A DNA stretch of 64,000 nucleotides from Squalus acanthias (lineage: Eukaryota): positions 52,454,001 to 52,518,000 of the forward strand of contig CM059432.1 of assembly GCA_030390025.1 (NCBI GenBank). The letters are read 5' to 3'. Numbering within the stretch: position 1 is the first letter of the stretch; the number at the start of each line of letters is the position of its first letter. A model generated the notes under the pieces. The model had not been told where the DNA came from. It did not search any database and saw only the letters and a list, made by a program, of their open reading frames with translations. Both the position numbers and the translations under genes were made by a program. This document shows positions 47,592 to 59,390 of this stretch, one piece after another.

Positions 47592-48333
47592 GGGGGAAAA
47601 ATTAGGTCGCGCCCCATTTGGGGCGCAAATATCGTCTGGACGCAAATATTAGCGCCTGGCGCTAATTATCGGCACTGACTGGAAACTTCACTTTTACCGC
47701 CCCGGGAGGTGAGTGGAGCGCTAAATCAGGCGCTGCACACCTGTCTTAAGGCGCAAAGGCCGAGCAGTGAGGCGCTAACTCAGCGCGCGAGCGCAGCGCA
47801 GCTGCTGCCAGTTAGCGAGGGAACACAGACACACTGGCGCCGGCCAGTTCTTAAAGCGGGGGGGGGGCCAACTGTTAGGATCAGTAGGCAAAACTATCTC
47901 ACAAAGCGTTGACTCAATGCAGAAGTCTCTCTTTCTCTCTCTCCGAATCTCTCTCTCTCTCTCAGAACGAGTGGTGCAAAAATGTCAACCACAGAAAAAG
48001 ACAGGAAGAGGCCCCCTTTAAATAGCGCCCCCCCCAGCCCCACAGCGATTGATAGCGTTCCAGTCTTCCGGTCGTTGGATGCGCCAGGCGGTAAGGCAGG
48101 GGGCGCCACTCAATTTCCGCTCCGGGGCGCCACAAGGGCGTTGCACCATGGAATGACGTCACAATCTGCGCGCGCAGGTGGTCGCAGCGGTAAAGTTTAG
48201 CGCCGCCGCACAATCTCTAGTTAAGTTCCCGAGCGGCGCAAACATCGCTGCGCCCGGGCGTTAGCGGCTTTGCGCCCCATTAGCGCCCTCTTAAGGCGCT
48301 AACGGGAGGCGCAACCAACTGAATTTTTACCCC
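47592..48333 (+). mobile_element. CpG-rich Harbinger-type MITE with a 3-bp TSD (AAC)
   Basis: TIRs GGGGGAAAAATT / AATTTTTACCCC; AAC at 47589-47591 and 48334-48336. Confidence 0.8.
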
Positions 48334-48352
48334 AACAGATTTAAAACATCAT

Positions 48353-49084
48353 GGGTGAAAAATTGAGTCGCGCCCCCATTGGGGCGCTAACTTTGCCGGG
48401 GTGCTACTTTTAGCGCCCTGGAAAAATTAGCACCCCCGCGACCGAAATCGAGTGGTAGCGCCTCAAGAGGGAAGCGGGGCACTACTGGAAGTGCCCCGCC
48501 TCCCTCTTGGGGCGCTGCGAGGGAATATCACATCGCGCCGCGGTATTGCAGGCCTTCCTCCCCTTCTTAAAGAGGAAGGGCCTTGCGCAGCGCGACCCGG
48601 GGCCCAGCTGGGCCCCCGGGGATAGGAGTGCCGGCAAAAGAGCCCGGCACTCAAGAGAAGTGCCAGGCTCATGGAGCGCAGCCGACACTCCGCGGGGGGG
48701 GCGGGTAAGGAGGCCAGAGACGGAAGCGGAGGCAGGTGCTGGCAGGCGGCCAGCAACAAAAATGGCCGCCCGGCACCTTGCCTTTAAATAGCGCCACCCC
48801 GGCCGCAGGTCGGCCTCCCTGACCCCGTCGGACATAGCGTCCGGCGGTAAGTCAGGGGGCGCTACCGAAGATCGTGGCCAGGGTGCGAGCGGGGCGCTGC
48901 GCACGGCGATGACATCATCGCCGGCGGCACAGCGCCGCCAACGGTTAGCGCCGCCGCTAACCTCCCGCTGAATTTTGCAGGAGGCATTGGCAGCGCCGCG
49001 CCCAGGGCGCTAGTTGCTTTGCGCCCCGTTAGTGCCCTCTTAGGGCACTAACGGGAGGCGCAAAGCAACCGAATTTCCCCCCCC
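48353..49084 (+). mobile_element. CpG-rich MITE
   Basis: GGGTGAAAAATTGAGTCGC...GCAACCGAATTTCCCC; shares termini with the elements at 42572, 47592 and 53271. Confidence 0.8.
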
Positions 49085-49163
49085 TAGAATTGTAATCGCA
49101 TTGTCTTGATCTCTGTACTTGCTCCACTCTTGTATTTCTACTCTTTTCCATTTTCCTTACCAG

Positions 49164-49325
49164 GTGTTCAGTTACAGCCATCCAAATGGGTTGAGATGCA
49201 CTGGAGTGGTGAATATGCCACACTGACCCTTAATCACCTAAACAAAGAGGATGAAGGACTGTACACGATTCGTGTAGTGACAAAATCTGGCTATGAATTG
49301 CACAGTGCATACGTGTTTGTAAGAG
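49164..49325 (+). CDS. MYOM1: MYOM1 coding exon 9 (PSKWVEMHWSGE...HLNKEDEGLYTIRV...SAYVFVR)
   Basis: Pyrimidine tract + CAG|, AG|GTAGGT donor, phase 1-1, 162 nt. Confidence 0.95.
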
Positions 49326-50029
49326 GTAGGTGTGCAAAGAAACATGGCCGACCATATGTCATGTGAGAGCCAGGAGACTATCCCACTCAGCAAGCTCAGC
49401 CCAATCCTATGCTCACTCAGCATCCGCATATGCACTTACCAGTAGGAGTCACTAGATCATCTGATTTTCCCCCCCCCCCCCCCCCCCTCCCTAGCTCAGG
49501 GGGAATTAAAAGCAATTGTAGCACTTCTGCCACCACCATGGATGCAACCAACAAATTCAGCACAGAATAGTGATGGTAGCTGGTGTCCTTCTAGTCTAGT
49601 AGGGAGCAGTGCCATAACATGTAGGCATTTAACCACTGAGCTGGCTTCAGGGTTCCATTAAACCTGCTGCTGCTTGGGGCTGTCGATGCACAAGGGGACC
49701 CAGCCTGCCTGTAAGTGAGGGAAATGCCTCGGACACTATCAGATGAACCGGTCATCAGTTCCTTGGGCCAGTGGCACGGCTGTGAGTCTGCCTCAGGACA
49801 GGTATAGTGCACAGATCTGCACTGATGGGCGGAGGGGGGGGCTGTCATGTTAATTGTTGGTATCCTCCGTTTGAATTTGTTGAACTGCTAAGTCCCTTTT
49901 AGTTGACATTGGCCCAGGTGCCTGCTATACGGCTGCTGCATATCCCAGGAACTAGAGAAAGCATTGCTAGGTGGGAAGTGGTTAATTAATGTGTCCAATG
50001 TAACCAGAAAGCTTGTGTCTCATTTACAG

Positions 50030-50171
50030 ATGCCGAGGCAGAGGTTGCAGGTGCCCCAACAGCTCCTTTAGACGTCTATTGCTTAGACGCCAATAAGGAT
50101 TATGTCATTGTAACCTGGAAACAGCCAGCGGTTGATGGCGGAAGCTCCATCCTCGGTTATTTTGTTGACAG
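50030..50171 (+). CDS. MYOM1: MYOM1 coding exon 10 (FN3 My4 start: GAPTAPLDV...WKQPAVDGGS)
   Basis: TACAG| acceptor, AG|GTGAGT donor, phase 1-2, 142 nt. Confidence 0.95.
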
Positions 50172-50701
50172 GTGAGTATTAAAAAAAATTGACGACTGGG
50201 ATATTTCTCACTACATTTAATTTACAGGTGCCTTGTGTTCTAATTAAAAAACACAATAATTCTGTTGATTATTTTACATTATTTTTTCAAGTTTCTCCCC
50301 TCCTCTCCTAAAAGCTTTGATTCATGTCAGAGTAAAGTTCCATGGATGCCAGCATTCCTCCAGTACCCTAACCAAGTGCCCTTTCCTTTCGTTTGAATGT
50401 TGGCAGGTTTCAGGGGAGCAATGGAAGTGTGTTTTATACTCAAGCCCCCACTTAGTCTTGTAATAGCTTCAGCCTGCTCATTTGCTGGGAAAATGCTCAG
50501 AAACTAGCATTTTCATTCCTTTCCGAACTCTTCATGTAAAATGAAAGTACTCAGGCAGCCGACTGCACTGCATGGAGTGTGTAGAATGTCACAGGATATG
50601 TTGTGGTGCATGAAGTCACTTAACCTAATGGTGAACAGGGAAACTCTGTAAACATTTAAAATTATAACATTCTCGTTGATCCCTCATAGCATTGCACATG
50701 T

Positions 50702-52780
50702 GGGGGTGGAATTTTAACAGCAAAGAGTGAGTGGGTTTGGGAGTGGGTGGGTGGTTAAATGCGCTGAAATTGACAGCGCGTCGGGGAGCCGGCTACAACC
50801 CGCCGTCTTTCGCATTTCACTGGAGTGTGTTTGGCTACGTGCGAGTAACCCCATGGGAGAGGCGGGTTGGCAATTAAGAGATGTTAAGAGGCAATAAGGA
50901 GCTGTTTTAACTGCAGATTTGAACTTTAACTCTGAGTGCACTGGTTTCCCGGGCTTCTGGAACTCGCCAGTGAAAGCAAGGCAAGATGACAGTGCGCATT
51001 GAGGGGGCTGACCAAATGACAGGCATACAATTCTATAAGTCCTCAGACCTCACACCTGCTTCCTTGCCTAAATAAAAGGCTTTTACTCTCAGCACTTGTT
51101 CCGAGAGTGTGCTTTCACTATTTTCAGGTGATTTCCACTTCTTTGGAGACCATTTCTGCTACCTTAGATTTTTGTGAGTCTGATGTACACATTTCATTTG
51201 TCAAGTATCAGTTCAGCATGTGTGCCACTTATGAAGCTTTACCTTGGGCCTCAGATGAGCACCAAGATCATCAGCAGCAGCAGCAACAGCACCAGGAGAG
51301 GGAGAAGCACCAACAGGAGCAGCAGCAGCCTTCTCCTCACCGACCTGCCGCTCTACAGGAGAGAGGGGATGAACACGGGGTGCAGCTCACAGGAGGCGAT
51401 ACCCCCAACACAGGCTATATAGGCAGAGGATCAGCTTCCTGGATGTGTCGGAACACCAGTGCCTCAGGAGGCTCAGGGTATCGCGTCAGGTGGTCGCAGA
51501 CATTTGCAGTCTCCTGGAAGAAGACCTCCTGCCAAATGGACCTGGTGGGCACGCTTTTTCAGTGGCTGTCAAAATCACCACCGCCCTCAATTTCTTTGTC
51601 TCTAACTCCTTCCAGGGATCTGCAGGAGATATCTGCAGAATCCTGCAATCTGCTGCCCACAAATGCATCACGCAGATGACCGATGCCATGTTTGCCAATG
51701 GCTGGCAATTATGTGCACTTTGCAACCGATGAGGCCAGTCAGAATGAGCAGGTGCTCAGCTTTGCGGCTCTGGCTGGCTTCCCACAGGTCCAAGGGGTTA
51801 TCAATTGCACACATGTGGCAATCAAGGAGCCCCAGATCACCCTGGAGTCTGCATCAACCACTCCAAGGAATTCCACTCCATCAATGTTCAGCTCGTGTGA
51901 AACCACAAAAAGATCATCATACAGGTGTGCGCAAGATTCCCAGGCAGCTGCCATGATGCTTTTATCTTGCACCAGTCCATCCTCCCAGAGCTCTTCGGGT
52001 CTCGAAGCAGAGTTAGCGGCTGGCTCCTTGGAGACAAGGGCTAACCCCTGAAAAAGTGGCTGATGACACCCGTTAGGAGCCCAAACAATGAGGCCCAGAG
52101 AGATACAATCAAATCCACATGACCACGAGAACTGTCACCGAGCAAGCAATTGGAATGCTGAAGATGCGCTTTAGATGCCTGGACAGATAGGAATGGGTGC
52201 ACCTGCAAGGTAAGTACGTATGAGGAGTGATGTGCTGGAGTTTCTATCACAACTAGGGGGATCAAGGGGTATGGCGAGAAAGCAGGAATGGGGTACTGAG
52301 GTAGCATGTTCAGCCATGAACGCATTAAATGGCGGTGCAGGCTCGAAGGACCGAATGGTCTACTCCTGCACCTATTTTCTATGTTTCTATGTTTCTATGA
52401 GTCGGCTTGAGAAGAGAATCTCACTGTGGGCCCTTACAGAATGCAGCATCAGCTCTAGGGAGGAATCATTTAAGCGAGGTGGAGCCTTGCCACAGTGGGA
52501 CTCCATTAATGCAGTTGTTCCCCACCTGGACACTCCTTCAACTTTCATCTTCACAGGGTCCCTTTAAGTAGTTCAACTAAAATAGACCCATGCATTTTGT
52601 CATCACACCCGCTCGCTCTAATTGGTCGGGAAACCTGGAAGTCAGGTACAAATGCAGTGGCTGGGTTAAAAAGCCACTGACAGACGAGCTGCAGCTAATT
52701 CCTGGTTTCCCGTGCGCTACCAGATCACCCCCCACCCCCACCTCCCACTCCCAGCGTGTCAGCAGGTAAATATTCCAGCC
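50702..52780 (+). mobile_element. Harbinger DNA transposon (decayed), with a CR1 3' end inserted at about 52190-52399
   Basis: Imperfect TIRs GGGGTGGAAT / ATTCCAGCCT, TGTG at both ends, and an internal nuclease remnant. Confidence 0.8.
51219..52190 (+). pseudogene. HARBI1-like DDE transposase, frameshifted
   Basis: Pieces in alternating frames: CLRRLR.SR, VAVKITTALNFF...[62 protein letters not shown]. Confidence 0.85.
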
Positions 52781-53270
52781 TGTGAGTCGGAGAATACGGT
52801 CACTCTCTAACCTGACTTTATTGTCTTTCTGTTGCTATTTCACCCTCTGGCTGTCCTCTCTTGCTTCTGGCTCTCTCTTTTCTTCTCTTCTGTTTCCCTC
52901 CCTTTAGCTCTTAGCTTTTTTTCTGCCATACCCTACTTCTCTCTGTCTTATTCTTCTTCCCTTTTGGGTGGGAGGTAGTGGGTGTCGGTGTGGTGTGGCA
53001 GAGAGAAGAGTCACTAATGGCTGCAGGCTGCATTTGGGGTGGGAGTTCTGTAAATGATGAACTATGTAGAAATTTCAGTTACTACGAAAAAAATTGCAAT
53101 GAAAATAATTTCGCAAAGCATTTTGAGCAATTTGCTGGAACCGGTGGCTAGATTGTGCAATCACAGGGTGATATACTCACATCATAATATAGCTATTCTG
53201 TGTTACACAGCCTGACACCTTTTAACATTGAAAGGTAACTATCATAGCACCACCTGCAGGAGTAACAGTA

Positions 53271-54004
53271 GGGGCTAGAAAATCAGTGCATTTGCGCCTC
53301 TCGTTAGCGGCCCCGGGGGGCGCTAATGGGACGTAAACGACTTTTCGCCTGGGCGCAGCACCGCTAATGGCTCCCACTAAATTCAGCGGGAGTCTTTAGC
53401 GGCGGCGGTAACCGGTAGCGCCCCGCTCTGCTGCGCAGGTGATGATGACGTCATCACCGTGCACAGCGCCCCATTTTTGCCCTGCCTGCAAAATTGGCCC
53501 GTGCCCCCTGAATCTGCGCCGGGCGATGACATCGACTGATTCAGGGGGCGGGAACAGAGCGGCAGGAGTCTCGCAGGGCACTAAGTAAAGTGGAGGTGGT
53601 GGGTGGGGGAAAAAATCAGCCAACTTACTTGTCGCGGCCCGTTGCGTCTTTGAACGCGGGGTCCGTGCCACGATCTGGCAGCCCGGCACTCCTCTTGAGT
53701 GCTGGGCTGCTGGCCCGGCACGCCACTCCCTGGTGGTCCAGGTAGGGCCCCACAGAGTTGTGGGCTTGGGCCCTCCCCTTTAATGAGGGGAAGAACCCTT
53801 CCATGCGGCAGCACTACGTGGCCCAGTGCGTAGCGCTGCAGAACGCACCACCCCGATATTCGGGGTTAGCGCTCTAAGAAGGAGGTGGAGCGCTTGAATT
53901 AGTGCTCCACCTCCTCTTGGGGCGCTAAAACTGAAGTTAGCTTTAGCTAATTTTTTCAACTTTTAAGTTAGCACCCCAATGAGCCGATAGCGAATTTCTC
54001 CCCC
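53271..54004 (-). mobile_element. CpG-rich MITE, inverted relative to 42572 and 48353
   Basis: The left end is the reverse complement of the right end of 48353-49084; it ends GAATTTCTCCCCC. Confidence 0.75.
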
Positions 54005-54115
54005 ATAATATTTTGGTGCAATAGTGATACCAGGATTAGTTTGCAGAATGGTAAGTGACTCGCTCTACTAGATTTTCTGTTGGTCCTACAAGCAGCTCAA
54101 TTTCTTTTCTTACAG

Positions 54116-54315
54116 ATGTGAAGTAGGAACCACTCATTGGGTTCAGTGTAATGACACCCCAGTGAAGTTTGCCCGCTTCCCTGTCACTGGGTTGGTAGAA
54201 GGCCGTTCCTACATCTTCCGTGTGCGTGCTGTCAATAATGTTGGAATTAGCCGGCCATCCCGTGTATCTGATCCTGTTGCAGCCTTGGATCCTTCTGACA
54301 GAGCAAGGCTGAAGG
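54116..54315 (+). CDS. MYOM1: MYOM1 coding exon 11 (CEVGT...QCNDTPVKFARFPVTGLVEGRSYIFRVRAVN)
   Basis: TACAG| acceptor, GG|GTATGT donor, phase 2-1, 200 nt. Confidence 0.96.
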
Positions 54316-54479
54316 GTATGTCTGTTTTTTTCTTTGATTGCTTAGAGGAAATCTTTAAAGAGTGACTCCTTTGATATCATCTATAACAGCTCGTGCTTGG
54401 CCAAACGTTTAATGTGCAAGACAATGGGTCAAATAGTAAATCCAACTTTCACTACTCAGAATGAATCATTGTTGCATGT

Positions 54480-54743
54480 AACAACAACAACTTGTATTTA
54501 TATAGCACCTTTAACATAGTAAAACTTCCCAAGACGCTTCACAGGAGCGTTATAAAACAAAATTTGACACCGAGCCACATAAGGAGAAATTAGGGCAGAT
54601 GACCCAAAGCTTGGTCAAAGAGGTAGGTTTTAAGGAGTGTCTTAAAGGAGGAAAGTGAGGTAGCGAGGCAGAGAGGTTTAGGGAGGGAATTCCAGAGCTT
54701 AGGGCCTAGGCAACAGAAGGCACGGCCACCAATGGTGGAGCGA
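54480..54743 (-). mobile_element. L2-clade LINE 3' end
   Basis: (CAA)n tail; GGRAFCCLGPKLWNSLP...FKTLLKTYLFDQA. Confidence 0.85.
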
Positions 54744-55659
54744 TGTAAAGTGATAGAAAGAGAAAGTAAAACACACCAAAGGTAAAACAATCCACTGTGG
54801 TATGGTAGCACAGTACACTAGAGCACCAAGATCTGGTGCCGTGGAATGGTGGGACATAGATTTGATCTATCATGCCCATGAGATTCCGAATCAGATGAAT
54901 CAGGTTGAGGATAGACTCTCCCTCAGTGATAGGTGGAAAGCCAGGAGGAGGAATTCATACGCCACCTGGTGGCTGGTCCAGGGCAGTGTTGGTAATGCCA
55001 CCTGGCCTTCCTGGTTTCTTGCCTTTTAAAAAAAATCTCAAATATATGTAAATATTGTGCTTATCAATACTAGTTGATCTTTCATTGAGCTGTACAGGGA
55101 GAGTCAAGGTACAGGGAAGGGTTAGGTGGCTTTGGCCAGCTGATTTTCTTCACAGTGGGAGAGGGTGCAATGGGCCATATCCCGTTTTCTTCACAGTGAG
55201 GCGGGTAGGGGGAGTTTCACTGGGACAGGGCTCATTTCCATCTCTATGGGGGAGGAAGTGAACACTCCGATCAGTTCTGTCCTAAAACGGCAATTGGGAT
55301 CCTATGCATGTTATAAGTCTACCGGCCCCATTTTGAGGCCATTACCTTCCCATTAACACCGATTAAGGCAAGTTAAAATCAGCCACTGAGAAACTGTCCT
55401 AAACACCTACTCTCTATTTCTTCCCTTCTAAACAGTTTATAATCCAATTTCCTACCCTTCCTTTAATTCCACACCCTTTAATCTTCTCCAGTAGTCTCCT
55501 ATGTGGTATCTTGTCAAAGGCTTTCTGAAAGTCCATGTACACCACATCCACTGCATTTCCCCCAGCTACCACATCTGTCACCTCCTCAAAGAAATGCAGA
55601 TTGTTGTTGTTAAAAAGTACAGCTAGAGGTTTTAGATAAAAAAATAACAATATTCTATT

Positions 55660-55791
55660 ACGATAGCAAAATACTGCGGATGCTGGAAATCCGAAATAAC
55701 AACAGAAAACGCTGGAAAAACTCAGCAGGCCAGGCAGCATCCGTGGAGAGAGAAAGAGAGTTAACGTTTCAGGTCGATGACCTTTCATCAG
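55660..55791 (-). mobile_element. Short Penelope-like insertion with a hammerhead core and an 11-bp TSD
   Basis: AATATTCTATT at 55649-55659 and 55792-55802; minus strand CUGAUGA-AAGGUC-AUC-GACCU-GAAACGUUAAC. Confidence 0.7.
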
Positions 55792-55945
55792 AATATTCTA
55801 TTGACTGCTGCCTATGCGCATTGTCCCAAGTTTGTTTTACCCTTTCCTTCCTATCTTTTTCCTACACAATAAAAATGCTTTGAAAATTCTTTTCAAAGTT
55901 TGTTCAAAACAATGCTTTATCTTTTTGTATTGTTTAATTTATCAG

Positions 55946-56002
55946 GAATGCCATTAGCCCCATGGACGGGTCAGATTATTGTGACAGAAGAAGAACCAGC
56001 AG
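55946..56002 (+). CDS. MYOM1: MYOM1 coding exon 12 (APWTGQIIVTEEEPA)
   Basis: ATCAG| acceptor, CAG|GTAAAG donor, phase 1-1, 57 nt. Confidence 0.94.
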
Positions 56003-56889
56003 GTAAAGAATACATTTCTTTCTATGTGCATCAGTCTGCTGAGATCAATCTCGGCCTGTAACAATTTGGAATCGATCAAAATGTTTTCTCTCCATAAAAT
56101 ATATTTTCCATTTTTTCTCAGCAGGTTTTATTAAACTTGTGAGACTGGGTGTTATCAGTCATAATTGGGGGCGATTTTAACTTTTGGGCAGCTGACTGGT
56201 GGAGCGCACCAAAGAGGCCAGAGCCATTTTGAGGCCAGGGCCTCATTTAAATAGAACCAGCGAGCTGTGGGCGGCCAAATGGGCGTCAAACAGGCGCCAT
56301 GATCCAGCTCGCCCTATTCGGGTTGGTGCAATATTGGCCAGCATCGAGGTAAATCCTGGGGAAGGTCGGAAGAGGGAGTGCCAGCGGCCTAGATTATTTT
56401 TGTGGTGCACGAAGGAGCATTCCTGCATCTGGCATTGCAACGGAGGAGGAAAGGAGGTTTCTAAAATTTGAAGGATCACTTTGACAAAGTCAGTCAATTG
56501 CAGCCGATCGATTATCTTAGTGAAATTGTAAAAATTTTAAAGTTTAATTAAGTTTCTTAAATCTTCTAACCATACTACGCCACAGCAATTTTCCAACTAC
56601 CATGCCCCCACCCCCAACATGGGGCAGCCTGCAGCTCTGTAAATGGGCCAAGCATCTGTCGCATCTGCATTCCATATGTAAACTACACTGACCTCAGGAA
56701 ACTGGCCAGGGTTGGGGTGCAGGCAAGGTGGGGCTGGAAGTCCAGCCTGCTGAATCTCCACTGCTATTGCAGCTGAGCAGGGATATTTAGGCCTGAGTCT
56801 CTGCAGATATTTGACCCTAGCAGCATCAGAACCTGGCCTGCACCCAATGGCCACACATGTGAATCTCCAGCAGGGGTCTCCGCATTATT

Positions 56890-57370
56890 TTTTTTAAAAT
56901 GTATTCGTTCACGGGGTGTGGGCATTGCTGGCAAAGCCGACATTTACTGCCCATCCCTAATTGCCCTTGAGAAGGTGGTGGTGAGCTGCCTTCTTGAACT
57001 GCAGCATGTCCTTGTGCTGAAGGTACTCCCACAGTGCTGACATTGTCGTAGCGGTTTGGTACAACTGAGTGGTTTGCTCAGCCATTTCAAAGGGCAGTTA
57101 AGAGTCAACCACATTGCTGTGGGTCTGGAGTCACATATAGGCCAGACCAGGTAAGGACACAGATTTCGTTCCCTCAAGGACATTAGTGAACCAGTTGGGT
57201 TTTTACGATCACCATTACTGATACTAGCTTTTTAATTCCATATTCATTAAATTAAAAGATTTTAAATTCCCCCAGCTGCCGTGGTGGGATTTGAACTCAC
57301 ATCTCTGGATCATTAGTCCAGGCCTCTGAAGTACTAGTCTAGTAACATAACCACTACACTACTGTACCCC
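56890..57370 (-). mobile_element. tRNA-derived SINE with a LINE-derived tail
   Basis: Minus-strand head with A box (TAGTGTAGTGG) and B box (AGTTCAAATCC). The 3' part, about 140 nt, matches the LINE end at 41700-41838. Confidence 0.75.
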
Positions 57371-57451
57371 TATAATGTATCAGGAGGGGGTACCATGGAT
57401 GATTTTTCACCTCTAGAGTAAAGGGTTGCTGTCCCATTCCTATCCCAACAG

Positions 57452-57576
57452 AAGGTGTAGTGCCTGGACAACCTACAGAACTCACTGTGACTGAAGCCAC
57501 CAAGAATTATGTTGTCCTCAGCTGGAAACCTCCTGGTCAACGCGGCCATGAAGGAATCATGTATTACGTAGAAAAG
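57452..57576 (+). CDS. MYOM1: MYOM1 coding exon 13 (FN3 My5 start: VVLSWKPPGQRGHEGIMYYVEK)
   Basis: AACAG| acceptor, AAG|GTACAT donor, phase 1-0, 125 nt. Confidence 0.94.
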
Positions 57577-58514
57577 GTACATTTCTCAAGACACATGTGG
57601 AAAAAAGTAACCTAGCACCCCAACAGGCCAAAATCAGTTTAAACATGTATGGGTAAAATTGTGCTATGCAATATTAGCATATGAACACTGTATTACTTTT
57701 GCATGAGCTTCCTCTGGCTACTATTTTTACAAAGGAATTAAGCCATTTAAGTAAAACCCAGTCGATTTTTACTGATGCAACATTTAGATGTAGCTGTGCA
57801 GGTGTGCATCTCTGTTCTCTCAGTGTGCTTGATGCATTAAACTATACCTTTTCTAAAATGGCTTCACAGAGGGTAATAACATAAAGGGAGTACTGTATTA
57901 CCCACCAAGTCAAGCCAATTTTCAACCCCCCTTTTTATGTTGATAAAACTAATTATGGACGAATATATAATCTTCCAAATTGGAAGTATTACTGCAGCTT
58001 TTATTCAGCATCAAAGGGGCATCTCCCTGAAATATTGGCAATTACTGTTACAATTGTTTACAGATAAGTGACATGTTGTCAAACATTGTATCAGATATAA
58101 TTGTGTCAACTGTGCACGACATCACCATTGTGACATAAAACTCGGCTCTTCAGGCTTTTCCTCCTTCTACAAACAAGAATATTAATTCTTCTGGCGGGGC
58201 CAACATTTCTCTCCCCACTCACCCAAAGCAGGCAACCCAGTGGCAGCGCAAATACTGCAAGGAGCCTGCCAGTAACATGTAACTGAGTCTGATCCCAGCA
58301 GATTCGCCAGTGTCAATGCTCACAGGAAAAAACAACCCTAAGTGAGTCATCGACTGGTTCTAACTTTCACTTACAACAAAATTGGCCGATTTGTTAATTT
58401 CTGCATCAAAAGCACTCTTCTTCCCAATTGTTTGCTACTTTAACTATTGTGAATTTGCCTTTCTTTCTCCTGAACTCTTATACTCATTTGCCCTTTTTTG
58501 CTTGTTTGTGTTAG

Positions 58515-58698
58515 TGTGTTGCAAGCACTGAGGACTGGCAGAGGGTTAATCCAGAGATCCCCGTGAAGTCTCCACGTTTTGCGTTGTTTGATCTGGCTGA
58601 GGGTAAATCATATCGTTTCCGTGTCCGCTCTGCTAACTCTGCTGGCATTGGTGAGCCTTCTGAGGCAACAGAATTTACTGAAGTAACAGACAAACTTG
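58515..58698 (+). CDS. MYOM1: MYOM1 coding exon 14 (WQRVNPEIPVKSPRFALFDLAEGKSYRFRVRS)
   Basis: GTTAG| acceptor, TG|GTAAGT donor, phase 0-1, 184 nt. Confidence 0.95.
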
Positions 58699-59215
58699 GT
58701 AAGTATGAACTACACATGCACGTTGACTCACCTGCCCTGCCTTCCAATACCTTGAATAATTGTTGCCAAGATGTCACCATTATCGGATGGTGATCAGAAT
58801 TGTTCACAGTACTCCAGGTGGGGGTTGGATCAGTGCTTTGTACAAGCTAATTATCACTTCCTGTGATTTATGCTCTATCCCTCTGACTGTACACTCTAAA
58901 TCTTGTTTGCTTTTTTTTTACTGCTGCGGAACACTGTACTAAAAGTTTTGCATGTGTCGCCAACCTCCTCAAGAAGCAGAATAGTGGGGCTGGACCTGAG
59001 AGACAAGGAAGCTTACATTTTCCCCACAAATTCTGAAGGATGGGGCTTTAAAGTATTTTATTCTAGAGTATTCCTTTAACTAATATGCAAAAAAACCCAG
59101 TGTTGACAATTATTTTCAATCAATGGTCAATCATACAGACTAGAAGGGATCGGAGACTAGTTGAAATAGATATGTTGGTTTCATTACTTTCTGGATTTCT
59201 GCCTTTTTTTCCCAG

Positions 59216-59390
59216 ATGTTCCAAAAGCTCCTAATCATGTCGTGCCTTCAAGGAACACAGACACTTCTATAGTTGTCACTTGGGAAGAGTCAAAAGATGC
59301 GAAAGAGTTGGTGGGATACTACATTGAAGCAAGCATCAGTGGATCTGGAACATGGGAACCGTGCATCAACAAACCAGTGAAAGGAAAAAG
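59216..59390 (+). CDS. MYOM1: MYOM1 coding exon 15 (FN3 My6: PSRNTDTS...WEESKDAKELVGYYIEAS)
   Basis: CCCAG| acceptor, AG|GTAGTG donor, phase 1-2, 175 nt. Confidence 0.95.

Noticed and set aside
42515..48904. Multiple overlapping GC-rich ORFs of 70-156 aa
   Set aside because: They lie within GC-rich MITE copies, where stop codons are scarce, and have no domain motifs.
49469..49487. Long poly-C run (G-quadruplex potential on the - strand)
   Set aside because: A homopolymer expansion inside an old repeat, with unreliable length and no other support.
51107..51679. PolyQ-containing 190-aa ORF
   Set aside because: It is the CAG-rich leader and out-of-frame read of the decayed Harbinger nuclease, not a host gene.
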